NCBI GenBank assembly: GCA_017514685.1
Contig: JAFWJN010000050.1
Span: forward strand, 9,836-73,835
Direction of reading: 5' to 3'
From: Clostridia bacterium
GTDB taxonomy: Bacteria > Bacillota > Clostridia > Christensenellales > CAG-138
DNA: 64,000 nucleotides
In this document: positions 1 to 9,994 of the stretch, one piece after another
Position numbering within the stretch: position 1 is the first letter of the stretch
How the letters are laid out: every line of letters starts with the position of its first letter
Made by a program: the position numbers and the translations under genes
Notes under the pieces: generated by a model
Told to the model about the DNA's origin: nothing
Databases searched by the model: none
The model's input: only the letters and a program-made list of their open reading frames with translations

Positions 1-628
1 ACATTACGGAAGCGGGAAAAGCAATATCGCCGTGAATTATGCGGAAAAGCTTGCAGGTTCCGGATTGAAAACCGCACTGGCGGATATTGACATCGTAAAC
101 CCTTATTTCCGATCGGCCGATTCCAAAGAGGAACTGGAGAAGGCAGGCGTTCAAGTAGTAGCGCTTCCTTTTGCCAATTCCAATGTGGATCTGCCTGCAC
201 TCCCGCAGGAAGTATACGGGCTGGTACAAAGAAGAGATATCCATGCCGTTCTGGATGTTGGAGGAGATGACCGAGGGGCGCTTGCGCTCGGTCGGTTTGC
301 ACCCTATATTCTGGAAGAGAATGACTATGAGATGCTGTTCGTTGTGAATTTTTACCGTCCGCTGACAGGAGATCCCGAAAGCGCATTTGAAGTGCTGAAG
401 GAAATCGAGACAGCAGCAGGAATGCAGTTCACAGGAATCGTCAACAACTCCAACCTCGGGGAGGAGACCACAAAGGAAATCATCGAGCAGACCGTACCGT
501 TGACGGAGAAGCTGTCGATGCTTTCAGGACTTCCCTGCGTGATGACAACAATTGAAGACCGGCACAGCGGTAAAGTAAATGTCGAGAACCCATTTCCGAT
601 CCGGCTTCAGAAAAAATATTACAATTAA
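1..628 (+). CDS. P-loop NTPase (MinD/ParA/CooC-like ATPase), 5' end lies outside the window
   Basis: The frame is open from nt 2. Upstream of the ORF-track start it reads HYGSGKSNIAVNYAEKLA, a Walker A motif (GxGKS), so the gene starts before nt 1. Stop codon at 626-628. It sits directly upstream of the OFOR operon. Confidence 0.6.
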   Translation, partial: HYGSGKSNIAVNYAEKLAGSGLKTALADIDIVNPYFRSADSKEELEKAGVQVVALPFANSNVDLPALPQEVYGLVQRRDIHAVLDVGGDDRGALALGRFAPYILEENDYEMLFVVNFYRPLTGDPESAFEVLKEIETAAGMQFTGIVNNSNLGEETTKEIIEQTVPLTEKLSMLSGLPCVMTTIEDRHSGKVNVENPFPIRLQKKYYN

Positions 629-650
629 CTGACAATGAAGGAGCAGCTTT

Positions 651-857
651 ATGGCTAAGGTTACATTCAACGTGGACGGCTGCAAAGGGTGCGGGCTGTG
701 CGTGGAAGCCTGTCCCAAGAAGATCATTGTGATTGCTCGGGACATTATAAACAAAAAAGGTCACAATCCTGCGGCAATTACCGATCAGAGCAAATGCATT
801 GCATGCGCTTTCTGTGCAACAATGTGCCCGGACTGCGTGATTACAGTTGAGAAATGA
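651..857 (+). CDS. 4Fe-4S dicluster ferredoxin, delta subunit of 2-oxoacid:ferredoxin oxidoreductase
   Basis: 68 aa with two CxxCxxCxxxCP motifs (CKGCGLCVEACP, CIACAFCATMCP). It is the first gene of a delta-alpha-beta-gamma set. Confidence 0.85.
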   Translation: MAKVTFNVDGCKGCGLCVEACPKKIIVIARDIINKKGHNPAAITDQSKCIACAFCATMCPDCVITVEK

Positions 858-867
858 GGTGGGCAGA

Positions 868-1935
868 ATGGCGAACAAAGTATTGATGAAAGGCAATGAA
901 GCGATTGCCGAAGCAGCGATTCGCGCAGGCTGCCGCCACTATTTCGGGTATCCGATCACACCGCAGACCGAAGTAGCAGCTTATATGGCAAAGAGAATGC
1001 CAAAGGTCGGCGGAACTTTTTTGCAGGCTGAAAGTGAAGTTGCGGCAATCAACATGGTATATGGTGTCGCAAGTACCGGGAGGAGAGTTATGACATCCTC
1101 TTCTTCACCTGGTATATCCTTAAAGCAGGAAGGGATTTCCTATATAGCGGGGAGCGATCTTCCCTGTCTGGTTGTCAATGTTCAGCGCGGAGGTCCCGGA
1201 CTCGGAGGGATTCAGCCTTCTCAGTCAGACTATTTTCAGGCGACAAAAGGAGGAGGACACGGAGATTATCATCTGATCGTTCTTGCGCCTTCTTCTGTAC
1301 AGGAAATGGCAGACATGACGACCCTTGCGTTCGAGCTGGCCGATAAGTACAGAATGCCCGCGATGCTTTTGGCGGACGGTACTATTGGCCAAATGATGGA
1401 GCCTGTCGAGCTAGCTGAACCCGAAGAAGTGGTCTTCACGGAAAAGGACTGGGCAGTTACGGGGACAAAGATGCAGAGGAAGCATCATATCGTTAACTCC
1501 CTGTATCTCAATCCGGAAGTTCTTGAGCAAAAAAATATGGAACGTTTCGCGCGCTATGCGGAGATTGAAAAAGAGGAAGCACGTTATGAAAGCTTTCTGA
1601 TGGAGGACGCAGAGTATTGTGTCGTAGCCTTTGGGATTGCTGCCCGTGTTTCTAAGAACGCGGTTGTCGCGGCAAGAAAAGAAGGCATTAAAGTCGGCTT
1701 GATCCGTCCGATCACACTCTGGCCTTTCCCGAAGGAAGTTATGGCAAAAGCGGCAGATCGTGTGAAGGGCTTTGTTTCCGTTGAGCTTTCAATGGGACAG
1801 ATGATCGAAGATGTCAAGCTTTCAATCGAATGCAGAAGGCCGGTGCTTTTATGCAACCGGACAGGAGGAATGATCATGTCTCCGGATGAAGTTCTGAACA
1901 GCATTCGGGCACTGTGCGGAGGTGAAGCAAAATGA
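868..1935 (+). CDS. 2-oxoacid:ferredoxin (acceptor) oxidoreductase subunit alpha
   Basis: N-terminus [35 protein letters not shown] is typical of KorA/VorA. GAGGTGG RBS lies 6 nt before the ATG at 868; the ORF-track start at 847 overlaps the ferredoxin gene. ATGA overlap with the beta subunit. Confidence 0.9.
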   Translation: MANKVLMKGNEAIAEAAIRAGCRHYFGYPITPQTEVAAYMAKRMPKVGGTFLQAESEVAAINMVYGVASTGRRVMTSSSSPGISLKQEGISYIAGSDLPCLVVNVQRGGPGLGGIQPSQSDYFQATKGGGHGDYHLIVLAPSSVQEMADMTTLAFELADKYRMPAMLLADGTIGQMMEPVELAEPEEVVFTEKDWAVTGTKMQRKHHIVNSLYLNPEVLEQKNMERFARYAEIEKEEARYESFLMEDAEYCVVAFGIAARVSKNAVVAARKEGIKVGLIRPITLWPFPKEVMAKAADRVKGFVSVELSMGQMIEDVKLSIECRRPVLLCNRTGGMIMSPDEVLNSIRALCGGEAK

Positions 1936-2690
1936 TCGTATTTGAAAAGCCGAAAAGTCTCACTGACAAGGAATTCCATTACTGCCCCGGATGTCCGCAT
2001 GGTATTATTCACAGGCTGGTCGCGGAAGCAATCGACACGCTTGGAATCGAAGGGATTACGATCGGTGTTGCACCGGTCGGATGTGCAGTTATGGCATATG
2101 ATTATTTTACGTGCGATATGGTCGAGGCCGCACATGGACGTGCCCCGGCGATGGCGACCGGAATTAAACGCAGCTTGCCGGAGAATATTGTTTTCACTTA
2201 TCAGGGCGACGGCGACCTTGCTTCCATCGGAATGGCGGAAACGGTTCATGCGGCGACCCGCAATGAAAATATAACCGTGATTTTCGTGAATAATGCAATT
2301 TACGGAATGACCGGAGGACAGATGGCCCCGACTTCGCTGCCGGGACAGATTACCCAGACGTCACCTTACGGAAGAGATGTGAAAACAGCCGGATATCCCG
2401 TGAAAGTCGCTGAATTACTTTCTTCTCTGGATGGACCCGAATTTATAGCGAGGGTTGCGGTCAACAACGTGAAAAACGTCAGAAACGCGAAAAAAGTTAT
2501 TCAGAAAGCATTTGAAAATCAGATTCAGAACAAAGGTTTTTCCCTTGTTGAAGTGATTTCAGCATGTCCTACCAACTGGGGCATGACACCGGTGAACGCG
2601 CTTAAGTGGGTAGAGGATAACATGATTCCTTATTATCCGCTCGGGATTTATAAAGACAAGAGCGCGCAGAAGGAGGCGGAAAACAAATGA
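1932..2690 (+). CDS. 2-oxoacid:ferredoxin oxidoreductase subunit beta (TPP-binding)
   Basis: Contains YCPGCPHG and the GDGD...NN TPP-binding motif ([11 protein letters not shown]...[13 protein letters not shown]). Translationally coupled to both neighbours. Confidence 0.9.
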   Translation: MIVFEKPKSLTDKEFHYCPGCPHGIIHRLVAEAIDTLGIEGITIGVAPVGCAVMAYDYFTCDMVEAAHGRAPAMATGIKRSLPENIVFTYQGDGDLASIGMAETVHAATRNENITVIFVNNAIYGMTGGQMAPTSLPGQITQTSPYGRDVKTAGYPVKVAELLSSLDGPEFIARVAVNNVKNVRNAKKVIQKAFENQIQNKGFSLVEVISACPTNWGMTPVNALKWVEDNMIPYYPLGIYKDKSAQKEAENK

Positions 2691-3226
2691 CAACTCAGAT
2701 TTTAATTGCGGGGTTCGGAGGACAGGGCATCCTTTTCGCCGGCAAATTTCTGGCAAATAAAGGAATGCTGGAGGGAAGGTATCTGAGCTGGCTTCCGTCC
2801 TATGGACCGGAAATGCGCGGAGGAACCGCCAACTGCAGCGTTGTTCTGTCGGATGATCCGGTTGGCTCTCCTATTGTCAATCATCCTGACGTACTGATCG
2901 TGATGAACCTGCCTTCGTTGGACAAGTATGAAGATGCTGTCGTGCCGGGTGGGACAATTTTTGTGGATTCAACGCTGATTGAACGCAAAGTCAACAGACA
3001 GGATGTGAAATCTATCTATATCCCGGCGACAAAAATCGCTCAGCAGAACGGGATCCCGACTCTGGCGAACATGATTCTGCTTGGGAAGGTTATGAAAGAA
3101 ACCGAGTTTGTATCTTATCAGGGAATCGAAGAAGCGGTCAGATCAGTCGTATCCGCAAAACACGCGGATTTATATGAGCTGAACCTGAAAGCAATCCGGA
3201 TGGGATATGAATATCAGGAACAATGA
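2687..3226 (+). CDS. 2-oxoacid:ferredoxin oxidoreductase subunit gamma
   Basis: N-terminus [19 protein letters not shown]...YGPEMRGG is typical of the gamma subunit. 179 aa. Confidence 0.9.
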   Translation: MTTQILIAGFGGQGILFAGKFLANKGMLEGRYLSWLPSYGPEMRGGTANCSVVLSDDPVGSPIVNHPDVLIVMNLPSLDKYEDAVVPGGTIFVDSTLIERKVNRQDVKSIYIPATKIAQQNGIPTLANMILLGKVMKETEFVSYQGIEEAVRSVVSAKHADLYELNLKAIRMGYEYQEQ

Positions 3227-3305
3227 CTACGGCTTGGAAAACGTCCCGCTGCAGTAAGAGAACAGATTATACGATAAAGTAACAGAGGTTGAAAACCCTC
3301 GAAGC

Positions 3306-4136
3306 ATGCGATTCGGGGAGAAACTGAAAATGGTAGGACAATATTCAGTCATCGATGCACACTGTCATGTATATCCGGACGCGATTGCGGAAAGAGCGGT
3401 CGCAGGAACGGGAAATTTTTACTCGGTTCCGTTCGCTATGGATGGCACGGAAAAAACGCTGAGAAAAGCGGCAGAAGCAGCCGGGATCGATCATTGTGTG
3501 ATTCAGTCCGTTGCAACAAGTCCCCGACAGGTCAAAAGCATCAATGAATTTATTGCCCGGACGGTGAAAGAAGGAGAAGGCAGGTATACAGGTCTCGGCA
3601 CTCTTCATCCGGACAGTCAGGATATAGAGGGCGATGTCATGCACCTGAAAGAACTCGGACTGCATGGTGTCAAACTTCATCCGGATATTCAGCGGTTTCC
3701 GGTCGATGATGAAAGATGTACTCCTTTTTATGAGCTCTGCTCGGAACTGGAACTGCCGATTCTGATTCATACCGGGGACAAGCGCTATGATTATTCCAAT
3801 CCTAACCGGCTGATTCCTCTTCTCCGGCGTTTTCCAAAGCTGACTGTCATCGGGGCGCATCTCGGAGGGTGGTCGATTTGGGAAGAAGCTTCCGATCAGT
3901 TGAAGGAAATTCCAAATCTGTACTTTGACTGTTCTTCCTCTTTCCCGTGGATCGGACCCGAAAAAGTGGAAAGAATTATCCGAAAACTAGGGGCTGACCG
4001 CGTCATGTTCGGAACGGATTATCCGATGTGGGAACCCAAGCTGGAGCTGGAAGTCTTTTTCCGAATGAAAATCGAAGAGCCCGCAAAAAAAGCGATTCTG
4101 GCAGAAAACGCAAAACGTATTTTTAAAATTGAATGA
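3306..4136 (+). CDS. amidohydrolase-family (TIM-barrel metal-dependent hydrolase) protein
   Basis: IDAHCHVYPD metal-binding HxH motif near the N-terminus, with later HTGD and GTDYP motifs. An alternative start at ATG 3330 has a better-spaced GGGGAG RBS. Confidence 0.75.
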   Translation: MRFGEKLKMVGQYSVIDAHCHVYPDAIAERAVAGTGNFYSVPFAMDGTEKTLRKAAEAAGIDHCVIQSVATSPRQVKSINEFIARTVKEGEGRYTGLGTLHPDSQDIEGDVMHLKELGLHGVKLHPDIQRFPVDDERCTPFYELCSELELPILIHTGDKRYDYSNPNRLIPLLRRFPKLTVIGAHLGGWSIWEEASDQLKEIPNLYFDCSSSFPWIGPEKVERIIRKLGADRVMFGTDYPMWEPKLELEVFFRMKIEEPAKKAILAENAKRIFKIE

Positions 4137-4147
4137 TGTGTAAAGAA

Positions 4148-4185
4148 AAACGTTGCCGTTACCGGCAGCGGTTTTCTGTTTTTGG
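4148..4185 (+). terminator. rho-independent terminator after the amidohydrolase gene
   Basis: Stem CGTTGCCG / CGGCAGCG (one G-T pair), loop TTAC, followed by GTTTTCTGTTTTT. Confidence 0.6.
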
Positions 4186-4237
4186 AATGCCCCTTAAGGA
4201 ATTCGTTCACTGAAAATTCACCGCAGAAGAAAGACGG

Positions 4238-4248
4238 TTGTGATATAC
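4238..4248 (+). promoter_or_regulatory. extended -10 promoter element (TGaTATACT) upstream of mreC
   Basis: TGTGATATACT at 4238-4248, about 43 nt before the mreC ATG. No good -35 element is present. Confidence 0.4.
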
Positions 4249-4290
4249 TGTATACGTATCGGTATATGCATTGGAAAGGCAGGAAGCAAG

Positions 4291-5124
4291 ATGCGAAAAT
4301 TGTGGAGAAACCGGCCGTTATGGATCAGCGCCGCACTGTTTGTGCTGTGCTTGGTTTTGGCTGCATCCACAATGGGAGATAAAACAATTACCTATACGGA
4401 AGGACTGTTCCGCACGGCGGCGCAGCCGGTTCAGACATGGCTGTCACATGCGCAAAGTGAAGTAAGAGGATTTTTGATTCGAGTTTTCAATCCTTCTGAG
4501 CTGGAAAAAGAAAACGAAGAACTAAAAAAGAAGCTGAATGAACAGGCGGCTGCGCTTGCGTTCTATGAAGATACCGCACGTGAAAATGCGAGATTGACAG
4601 AACTGCTGAATTTTACCGATGCAAATCCGAAACTTCGTTTTTTAACTGCGGAGGTAATCGGGAGAGGGACCAATCCGTATATTGATACGCTCACGCTGAA
4701 CATCGGGACACGTCATGGCGCTTCCGAAAAAATGGCAGTTATTACATCAGACGGAGTGATCGGCAGGGTATCGGAGATCGGGCCGACCTGGTGCCGTGTT
4801 CGAACACTCTCCAATGATGACATGCGCATTTCCGTTATGGTACAGAGGACCCGCGATGAAGGAATGTACGGCGGATTGCACGCTCTTCCTGACGGAACGC
4901 TGGGAGGGAAACTATATTATCTTCCTGATAATGCAGACATCAGGATCGGAGATGTTATCGTTACTTCCGGTCTGGATGAAGTTTTTCCGAAAGGACTATT
5001 GATCGGTAAGGTCATTGCGCTTGATGAAAACACCGGAGCATTTGATGCAATTGTTCAATGGGATGCAGATCTGGATCATCTTGAGGAGGTTCTTGTCATC
5101 GCGCCGGTAGGAGGCGCGTCATGA
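4291..5124 (+). CDS. mreC: rod shape-determining protein MreC
   Basis: N-terminal TM segment, then a coiled-coil (SELEKENEELKKKLNEQ) and a beta-rich C-terminal domain (VITSDGVIGRVSEI..., TSGLDEVFPKGLLIGKV). The ATG at 4291 is preceded by GGAAAGGCAGGAAG. ATGA overlap with mreD. Confidence 0.9.
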   Translation: MRKLWRNRPLWISAALFVLCLVLAASTMGDKTITYTEGLFRTAAQPVQTWLSHAQSEVRGFLIRVFNPSELEKENEELKKKLNEQAAALAFYEDTARENARLTELLNFTDANPKLRFLTAEVIGRGTNPYIDTLTLNIGTRHGASEKMAVITSDGVIGRVSEIGPTWCRVRTLSNDDMRISVMVQRTRDEGMYGGLHALPDGTLGGKLYYLPDNADIRIGDVIVTSGLDEVFPKGLLIGKVIALDENTGAFDAIVQWDADLDHLEEVLVIAPVGGAS

Positions 5125-5612
5125 AACGGTATTTGACCTTGATAACCGCCGGAGTGATCGCAACAGCGCTGGATATCACAATCTTTGCACAGGCGGGAGG
5201 CATGTGCCCTTGTATGCTTTTGGCAGTTGCTCTGGCATCCTGCGTATCGCTGAATGTACAGAGCGCAATCATAACGGCACTGGTCGGAGGGCTGGTGATT
5301 GACGCCTTGACCAATTCCTATCTGGGGCTGACCGCGGCGTGCTGCCTGCTATCAGTTTCGGTTCTTTATCTGATGATTCGGAAAAATCATCCCAAACTGT
5401 TCATGCTATGGCTGTATGCCTTTATCAGCGTTGTGATCGCTTCTCCGATTGTCCTGCTTTATTCCTATCTTCTGGGGGCGAGATTTCAACTGCTTCGAAC
5501 ACTCGCAGTTGAAGTTGTTCCTTCGGGAGTGCTGACAGGATTATGTGTTTTACCTGTTGTAAAACTGCTTGATTGGGCTAAGATAAACCGCAGAGACCGT
5601 ATCGCGATATGA
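5121..5612 (+). CDS. mreD: rod shape-determining protein MreD
   Basis: 163-aa polytopic membrane protein immediately after mreC and before a class B PBP. Confidence 0.8.
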   Translation: MKRYLTLITAGVIATALDITIFAQAGGMCPCMLLAVALASCVSLNVQSAIITALVGGLVIDALTNSYLGLTAACCLLSVSVLYLMIRKNHPKLFMLWLYAFISVVIASPIVLLYSYLLGARFQLLRTLAVEVVPSGVLTGLCVLPVVKLLDWAKINRRDRIAI

Positions 5613-5613
5613 T

Positions 5614-8148
5614 GTGATGAAAACCGGAAGCAAAGGAAAACTGAATATACGCATCTGGCTGCTGATAGCAGTCTTTGCTGTGTTGCTTTTTGTGCTTTTC
5701 TGGTATATACGCAAACTGACGATAACGGAAGTGGAAGCTTATACCGCTGCGGTTTCGCAGTCAACCAAAGCAGTCACATATCAATCAGGCTCAAGAGGAA
5801 AAATCCTGGATCGAAACGGAAAGGTGCTTGCTTACGATGAGGTGACATATAACGTCCGTTTTTATCGGGATCCGAACAATACAACTCCTGTTGACAGTAT
5901 GCGGTATACGCATTCGCTGATTGAGGCGATCAAGATTATTGAAGCCGGCGGCGGAAAGATCATTGACACTTTCTATATTCAGCTGGCATCCGACGGATCA
6001 TTTTATTATGATTTCGGGACAACCAGTGAATCCGCACAAGCTGTTCGGAAAAAGAATTTTATAGAGGCATGCAACTTTTCCAACCCGGAGTTGACAGCGG
6101 AAGAAGCATATCTGATTCTGAGGGAATCCTGGCGCATACCCGATGATATGACTTTTTCGGAAGCGAGAAAGATCATGTCTGTCAGACAGGAAGCGGTTCT
6201 GAACAGTTATCGGGCTTTTGAGGGTGTCACAATTGCGAACGATGTTTCACTGGCTGTTGTTACGGAACTGGATATGCGGGCGAGTGAGCTTGTTGGGATA
6301 CGGACGGAAAGATCCAGTATTCGGGTATATCCTTATGGGAATACCGCATCTCATATTCTCGGCTATATGAGTAAACAGGTAACAACGGACATGTCGGCAA
6401 TCAATTATTCCTATGATGATTATCGCGGAATGGTTGATGTGGAAGAAACGGAAAACATGCTCAAACTCGGGTATTCCTACAGTGACCCGATCGGGGTCGC
6501 CGGCGTTGAAAAAACAATGGAAGCCTATCTGACTTCGCATCTTTACGGAAGGCTCGGAACCACGACAATTCTAAAAAACCGCAGGGGAGCTATCCTGGAA
6601 GTGCTGGAATCGACGGAACCCAAGGACGGAAACGATGTCACACTGACAATTGATATCGAACTGCAGAAGGTCGTTGAATCCGCTTTGAAGCATAATATTG
6701 AATCAACATACCAGAAACAGGTTCAGAGAATCTCTGAAAATGCAGCAACATACCGCCGAAGAGTATCTGATCTGGACGCGATCCAAAAAGCAAACAGCGG
6801 GGCGATCGTTGTCATGGAAGTCGATACCGGGAAAGTTCTCGCTATGGCGTCTTATCCTGATTACGATCCGAACCTGTTCAGGGACGGAGTTGATAATGAG
6901 GAATACGAGATGCTTTTCGGAGAAGACAGCAATCAGCCGACTCTGAATCGTGCAATCGCTATCCGAACCATGACCGGTTCCGTGTTTAAAATGGCTACCG
7001 GATTTGCAGGCCTGATGGAAGGAAAGATCACAATTGATGAACGGATCTCCGATCGGTCTCCTTACTATTATTTTGTGGATGATCCAACGACGAAAGTCGA
7101 ACAGAACGCACCGAGCTGCTGGGTAAAAAACACCGCTTCACATGCCAACCTGACCATATCAAGAGCTCTGACCGTATCCTGCAATTACTTCTTTTTCACA
7201 GTAGCCGACAGGGTAGGCGTAGAGCGACTTGTTTACTGGGCGGGGAGGCTCGGATTGAAAGATACCACGGGAGTGGAACTTCCGGGAGAACTGTCCGTGC
7301 AGGTCGGAGGACAGAAGGCACGGTATGATTATACGAAATCGCTGTCGGAGCAGACATCTGCATTGCCAAGGCTGATTTATAATCAGATTTATGCGCTGCT
7401 GCGGAATATCACTCAGCAGAATCACATTCCGGTGACAAGCAGGCAGCTGTCGGCATGTGCAAACCGGCTGCTGCAGCTCCAGAATGGAGTTCAGAGGGAG
7501 ATGGGAAATGAGATTCGTGAAGTCTTGTATGAGGAACTGAACATTCCTGTCGGAATATCCTATGTCCATACAAACTGGGTCGTTTCCATATCGACCTGGC
7601 TGGAGGAACTCCGCTGGAAACCGACATATACGATTCAGACCGGAATCGGACAGGGCGTTATGCTGATTACGCCGATCTCCCTTGCAAGATACGGAGCAAC
7701 ACTCGCTAACCGGGGAACAGTCTATAAAACAACGATTATGGATCATGTCACGGATCCGGACGGAAACCTTTTAAAGAAAAATGAAACGGTAACAGTGGAT
7801 TCCGTTTATGCGCCGGAAGAATTCTGGGACGCGATTATTGAAGGAATGGAAGGCGTCGTGTCACCGGAGGACGGAGGAACGGCCGCATCTTCCTTTTCAA
7901 CCAAATTCCGCGATAAAGGATACCTGGATCAGATCATCGGAAAAACAGGAACGGCACAGACATCTGTAACATCATCGACCAACATCGATATTGAGAACAC
8001 CGCTTGGTTTATTGCTGCGACGCCAAGGGAAAAGCCGGAGATTGTGATTGTTGTTTTTATACCAAACGGGTTATCCGGAAGCTCAAATGCGACGGCTGTC
8101 GAGGAGATAGTAAGTTACTGGCTGGAAAACAGAAAAGATGCCGCATGA
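5614..8148 (+). CDS. mrdA: penicillin-binding protein 2 (elongation-type class B PBP, transpeptidase)
   Basis: N-terminal TM segment. All three catalytic motifs are intact: SxxK = SVFK (TGSVFKMATG), SxN = SCN (VSCNYFF), KTG = KTGT (IGKTGTAQ). It follows mreCD. The start is GTG 5614 or ATG 5617. Confidence 0.9.
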   Translation: MMKTGSKGKLNIRIWLLIAVFAVLLFVLFWYIRKLTITEVEAYTAAVSQSTKAVTYQSGSRGKILDRNGKVLAYDEVTYNVRFYRDPNNTTPVDSMRYTHSLIEAIKIIEAGGGKIIDTFYIQLASDGSFYYDFGTTSESAQAVRKKNFIEACNFSNPELTAEEAYLILRESWRIPDDMTFSEARKIMSVRQEAVLNSYRAFEGVTIANDVSLAVVTELDMRASELVGIRTERSSIRVYPYGNTASHILGYMSKQVTTDMSAINYSYDDYRGMVDVEETENMLKLGYSYSDPIGVAGVEKTMEAYLTSHLYGRLGTTTILKNRRGAILEVLESTEPKDGNDVTLTIDIELQKVVESALKHNIESTYQKQVQRISENAATYRRRVSDLDAIQKANSGAIVVMEVDTGKVLAMASYPDYDPNLFRDGVDNEEYEMLFGEDSNQPTLNRAIAIRTMTGSVFKMATGFAGLMEGKITIDERISDRSPYYYFVDDPTTKVEQNAPSCWVKNTASHANLTISRALTVSCNYFFFTVADRVGVERLVYWAGRLGLKDTTGVELPGELSVQVGGQKARYDYTKSLSEQTSALPRLIYNQIYALLRNITQQNHIPVTSRQLSACANRLLQLQNGVQREMGNEIREVLYEELNIPVGISYVHTNWVVSISTWLEELRWKPTYTIQTGIGQGVMLITPISLARYGATLANRGTVYKTTIMDHVTDPDGNLLKKNETVTVDSVYAPEEFWDAIIEGMEGVVSPEDGGTAASSFSTKFRDKGYLDQIIGKTGTAQTSVTSSTNIDIENTAWFIAATPREKPEIVIVVFIPNGLSGSSNATAVEEIVSYWLENRKDAA

Positions 8149-8181
8149 GATAATAAGAGAACAGAATCTGAAGGAAATACG

Positions 8182-8208
8182 AAAAGCCGGCTGCTGCCGG
8201 CTTTTTTA
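8182..8208. terminator. bidirectional terminator between convergent PBP2 and dfx
   Basis: AAAAGCCGGC-TGCT-GCCGGCTTTTTT: a GC-rich stem flanked by an A-run and a T-run. Confidence 0.8.
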
Positions 8209-8233
8209 AATGAATCAAGATATAGAAGACACT

Positions 8234-8608
8234 TTAGGCTTTCCAGAGGCTGTGCAAATTGCAGTAAGCGTAAACGGCAAGAACTTCCTCGTCTTCGCAA
8301 AGTGCGAAAACTGCTTTGGGAGGTTCACCCGGCTGCAACTGCTTCCGCTGATTTCCTTTTGTTGTCTGCAGTGCAATCCACTCGATATAATGAGCAGGCA
8401 GCATAGGATGCTCAACAGCACCGACCGTAACATATACTTTGTTTTCTTTTACTTCAAAGACCGGAACATGTTTTTCAACAGATGCATCGGTCGTTCCGGG
8501 AACGATCTCTTTCATTTTCTGCCCACAGCAGACAACAGGAACGCCTGAGTCTTTTACCATGCCGATGATATTTCCGCAATGTTCGCAGATATAAAACTTC
8601 ATTTCCAT
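8234..8608 (-). CDS. dfx: desulfoferrodoxin (2Fe superoxide reductase)
   Basis: N-terminal desulforedoxin motif (CEHCGN...VCCG) and a C-terminal SOR domain (EKHVPV..., H...H..., CNLHSLW). 124 aa. Confidence 0.9.
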   Translation of the reverse strand: MEMKFYICEHCGNIIGMVKDSGVPVVCCGQKMKEIVPGTTDASVEKHVPVFEVKENKVYVTVGAVEHPMLPAHYIEWIALQTTKGNQRKQLQPGEPPKAVFALCEDEEVLAVYAYCNLHSLWKA

Positions 8609-8685
8609 ACCTTACCTCCAATTATTGGTCGAGTTCATCATAGCACACACAATAAGAAAACACAAGAAAAAAGCATTTCCATATA

Positions 8686-9861
8686 TTACAGTACCTGAAG
8701 AATATAGAATTTCAGATAAGTAGTTTCATCTGCGGCAAGAAGTGCAGGATGATCGGGAGCCTGCGTACGGGATTCAAACACACGGATCCGGCGGCTGCTT
8801 TCATGTGCGGATTCCTTCAGCATCTTTTCAAAAAGGGAAGCACTCATATAGTGGGAACAGCTGGCAGTGACCAGAAAACCGCCATGCCGAACCAGCTTCA
8901 TGCCAAGAATATTGATATCTTTGTATCCCCGGTAGGCGTTTTTCACATCATTGGCCGTTTTTGCAAAAGCGGGAGGATCTAAAATCACGGTATCGTATTT
9001 CCGTCCTTCAGTTCTGTATTTTCGAAGGAGTTCGAAAACATCCCCGCATTCTGTTTGGATCACATCTTCCAAATCGTTAAGCCGGGCGTTTTCACGGACA
9101 TCTGAAAGGGCTTTCTCGGAAATATCGAGTGCAATTACGTTTTTTGCTCCGGCGGCCGCAGCATTGAGCGCAAAGCCGCCCACATTGCAGAAACAATCGA
9201 GAACTTCTGCTCCCTGGCAATATCTTCGGATGGCAAACCGGTTTTCCTTCTGGTCCAGAAAATAACCGGTCTTTTGTCCGTTTTCCAGATCAGCAATCAG
9301 GAAAAGACCATTTTCTTCAATTTGAACACGGGGATCGAAATTACCGTATAAGGGACCTTTCATCAGAGGAAGGCCTTCTTTTTTACGTACCTCTGCATCG
9401 CTTCTTTCATAGATTCCGCGAGGCCGGAACACCTCTATAAGAGCATCCACGATTTCAGCTTTGCGAAGATCCATTCCGAGAGACAGAAACTGTACGGATA
9501 AAAGATCATGATACTTATCAACGATCAACGCAGGCAGATTGTCCGCTTCCGCGAAGACAGCCCGGTAGCAATCAGAAAATCCAAGCTTTTCGCGGATCTC
9601 TTTCGCTTCCCGGATTCTTCGCACGAAAAAATCACGGTCAACGGTTTCCATATCATTGCGGAGAAAAATCCGGACAAGAATTTTAGAAAGGTGATTGATA
9701 AATCCACGGCCAATGAATCTTCCGGAAGCATCGTACACGGACGCCAGATCTCCGTTTTTTCCGGAACCATCGATGTGATCGACTTCATTTGCGTATACCC
9801 ATGCATGCCCGTCGACAATTCTTTTTTCTTCATGCTTTTTCAGAAAAACACTGTATGGCAT
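8686..9861 (-). CDS. rlmI: class I SAM-dependent rRNA (cytosine-C5) methyltransferase, RlmI-like (PUA + MTase)
   Basis: PUA-like N-terminus (KKHEEKRIVDGHAWVYANEV). MTase motifs VLDCFCNVGGF and ILDPPAF. 391 aa. Confidence 0.8.
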   Translation of the reverse strand: MPYSVFLKKHEEKRIVDGHAWVYANEVDHIDGSGKNGDLASVYDASGRFIGRGFINHLSKILVRIFLRNDMETVDRDFFVRRIREAKEIREKLGFSDCYRAVFAEADNLPALIVDKYHDLLSVQFLSLGMDLRKAEIVDALIEVFRPRGIYERSDAEVRKKEGLPLMKGPLYGNFDPRVQIEENGLFLIADLENGQKTGYFLDQKENRFAIRRYCQGAEVLDCFCNVGGFALNAAAAGAKNVIALDISEKALSDVRENARLNDLEDVIQTECGDVFELLRKYRTEGRKYDTVILDPPAFAKTANDVKNAYRGYKDINILGMKLVRHGGFLVTASCSHYMSASLFEKMLKESAHESSRRIRVFESRTQAPDHPALLAADETTYLKFYILQVL

Positions 9862-9943
9862 CAGTAAAACCTCCGGGTCGTCTGATCTGTTCCTAATGAT
9901 AACAAAAACCTAACCGGCATTCAAGCCGTTTGTGCGAATCCTT

Positions 9944-9976
9944 TCTGAAAGAACAGGCGGCTGAAAAGCCGCCTGG
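9944..9976 (-). terminator. terminator downstream of mogA
   Basis: On the minus strand: CAGGCGGC-TTTTCA-GCCGCCTG followed by TTCTTTC. Confidence 0.6.
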
Positions 9977-9994
9977 AAACGATTTGGATAACAG

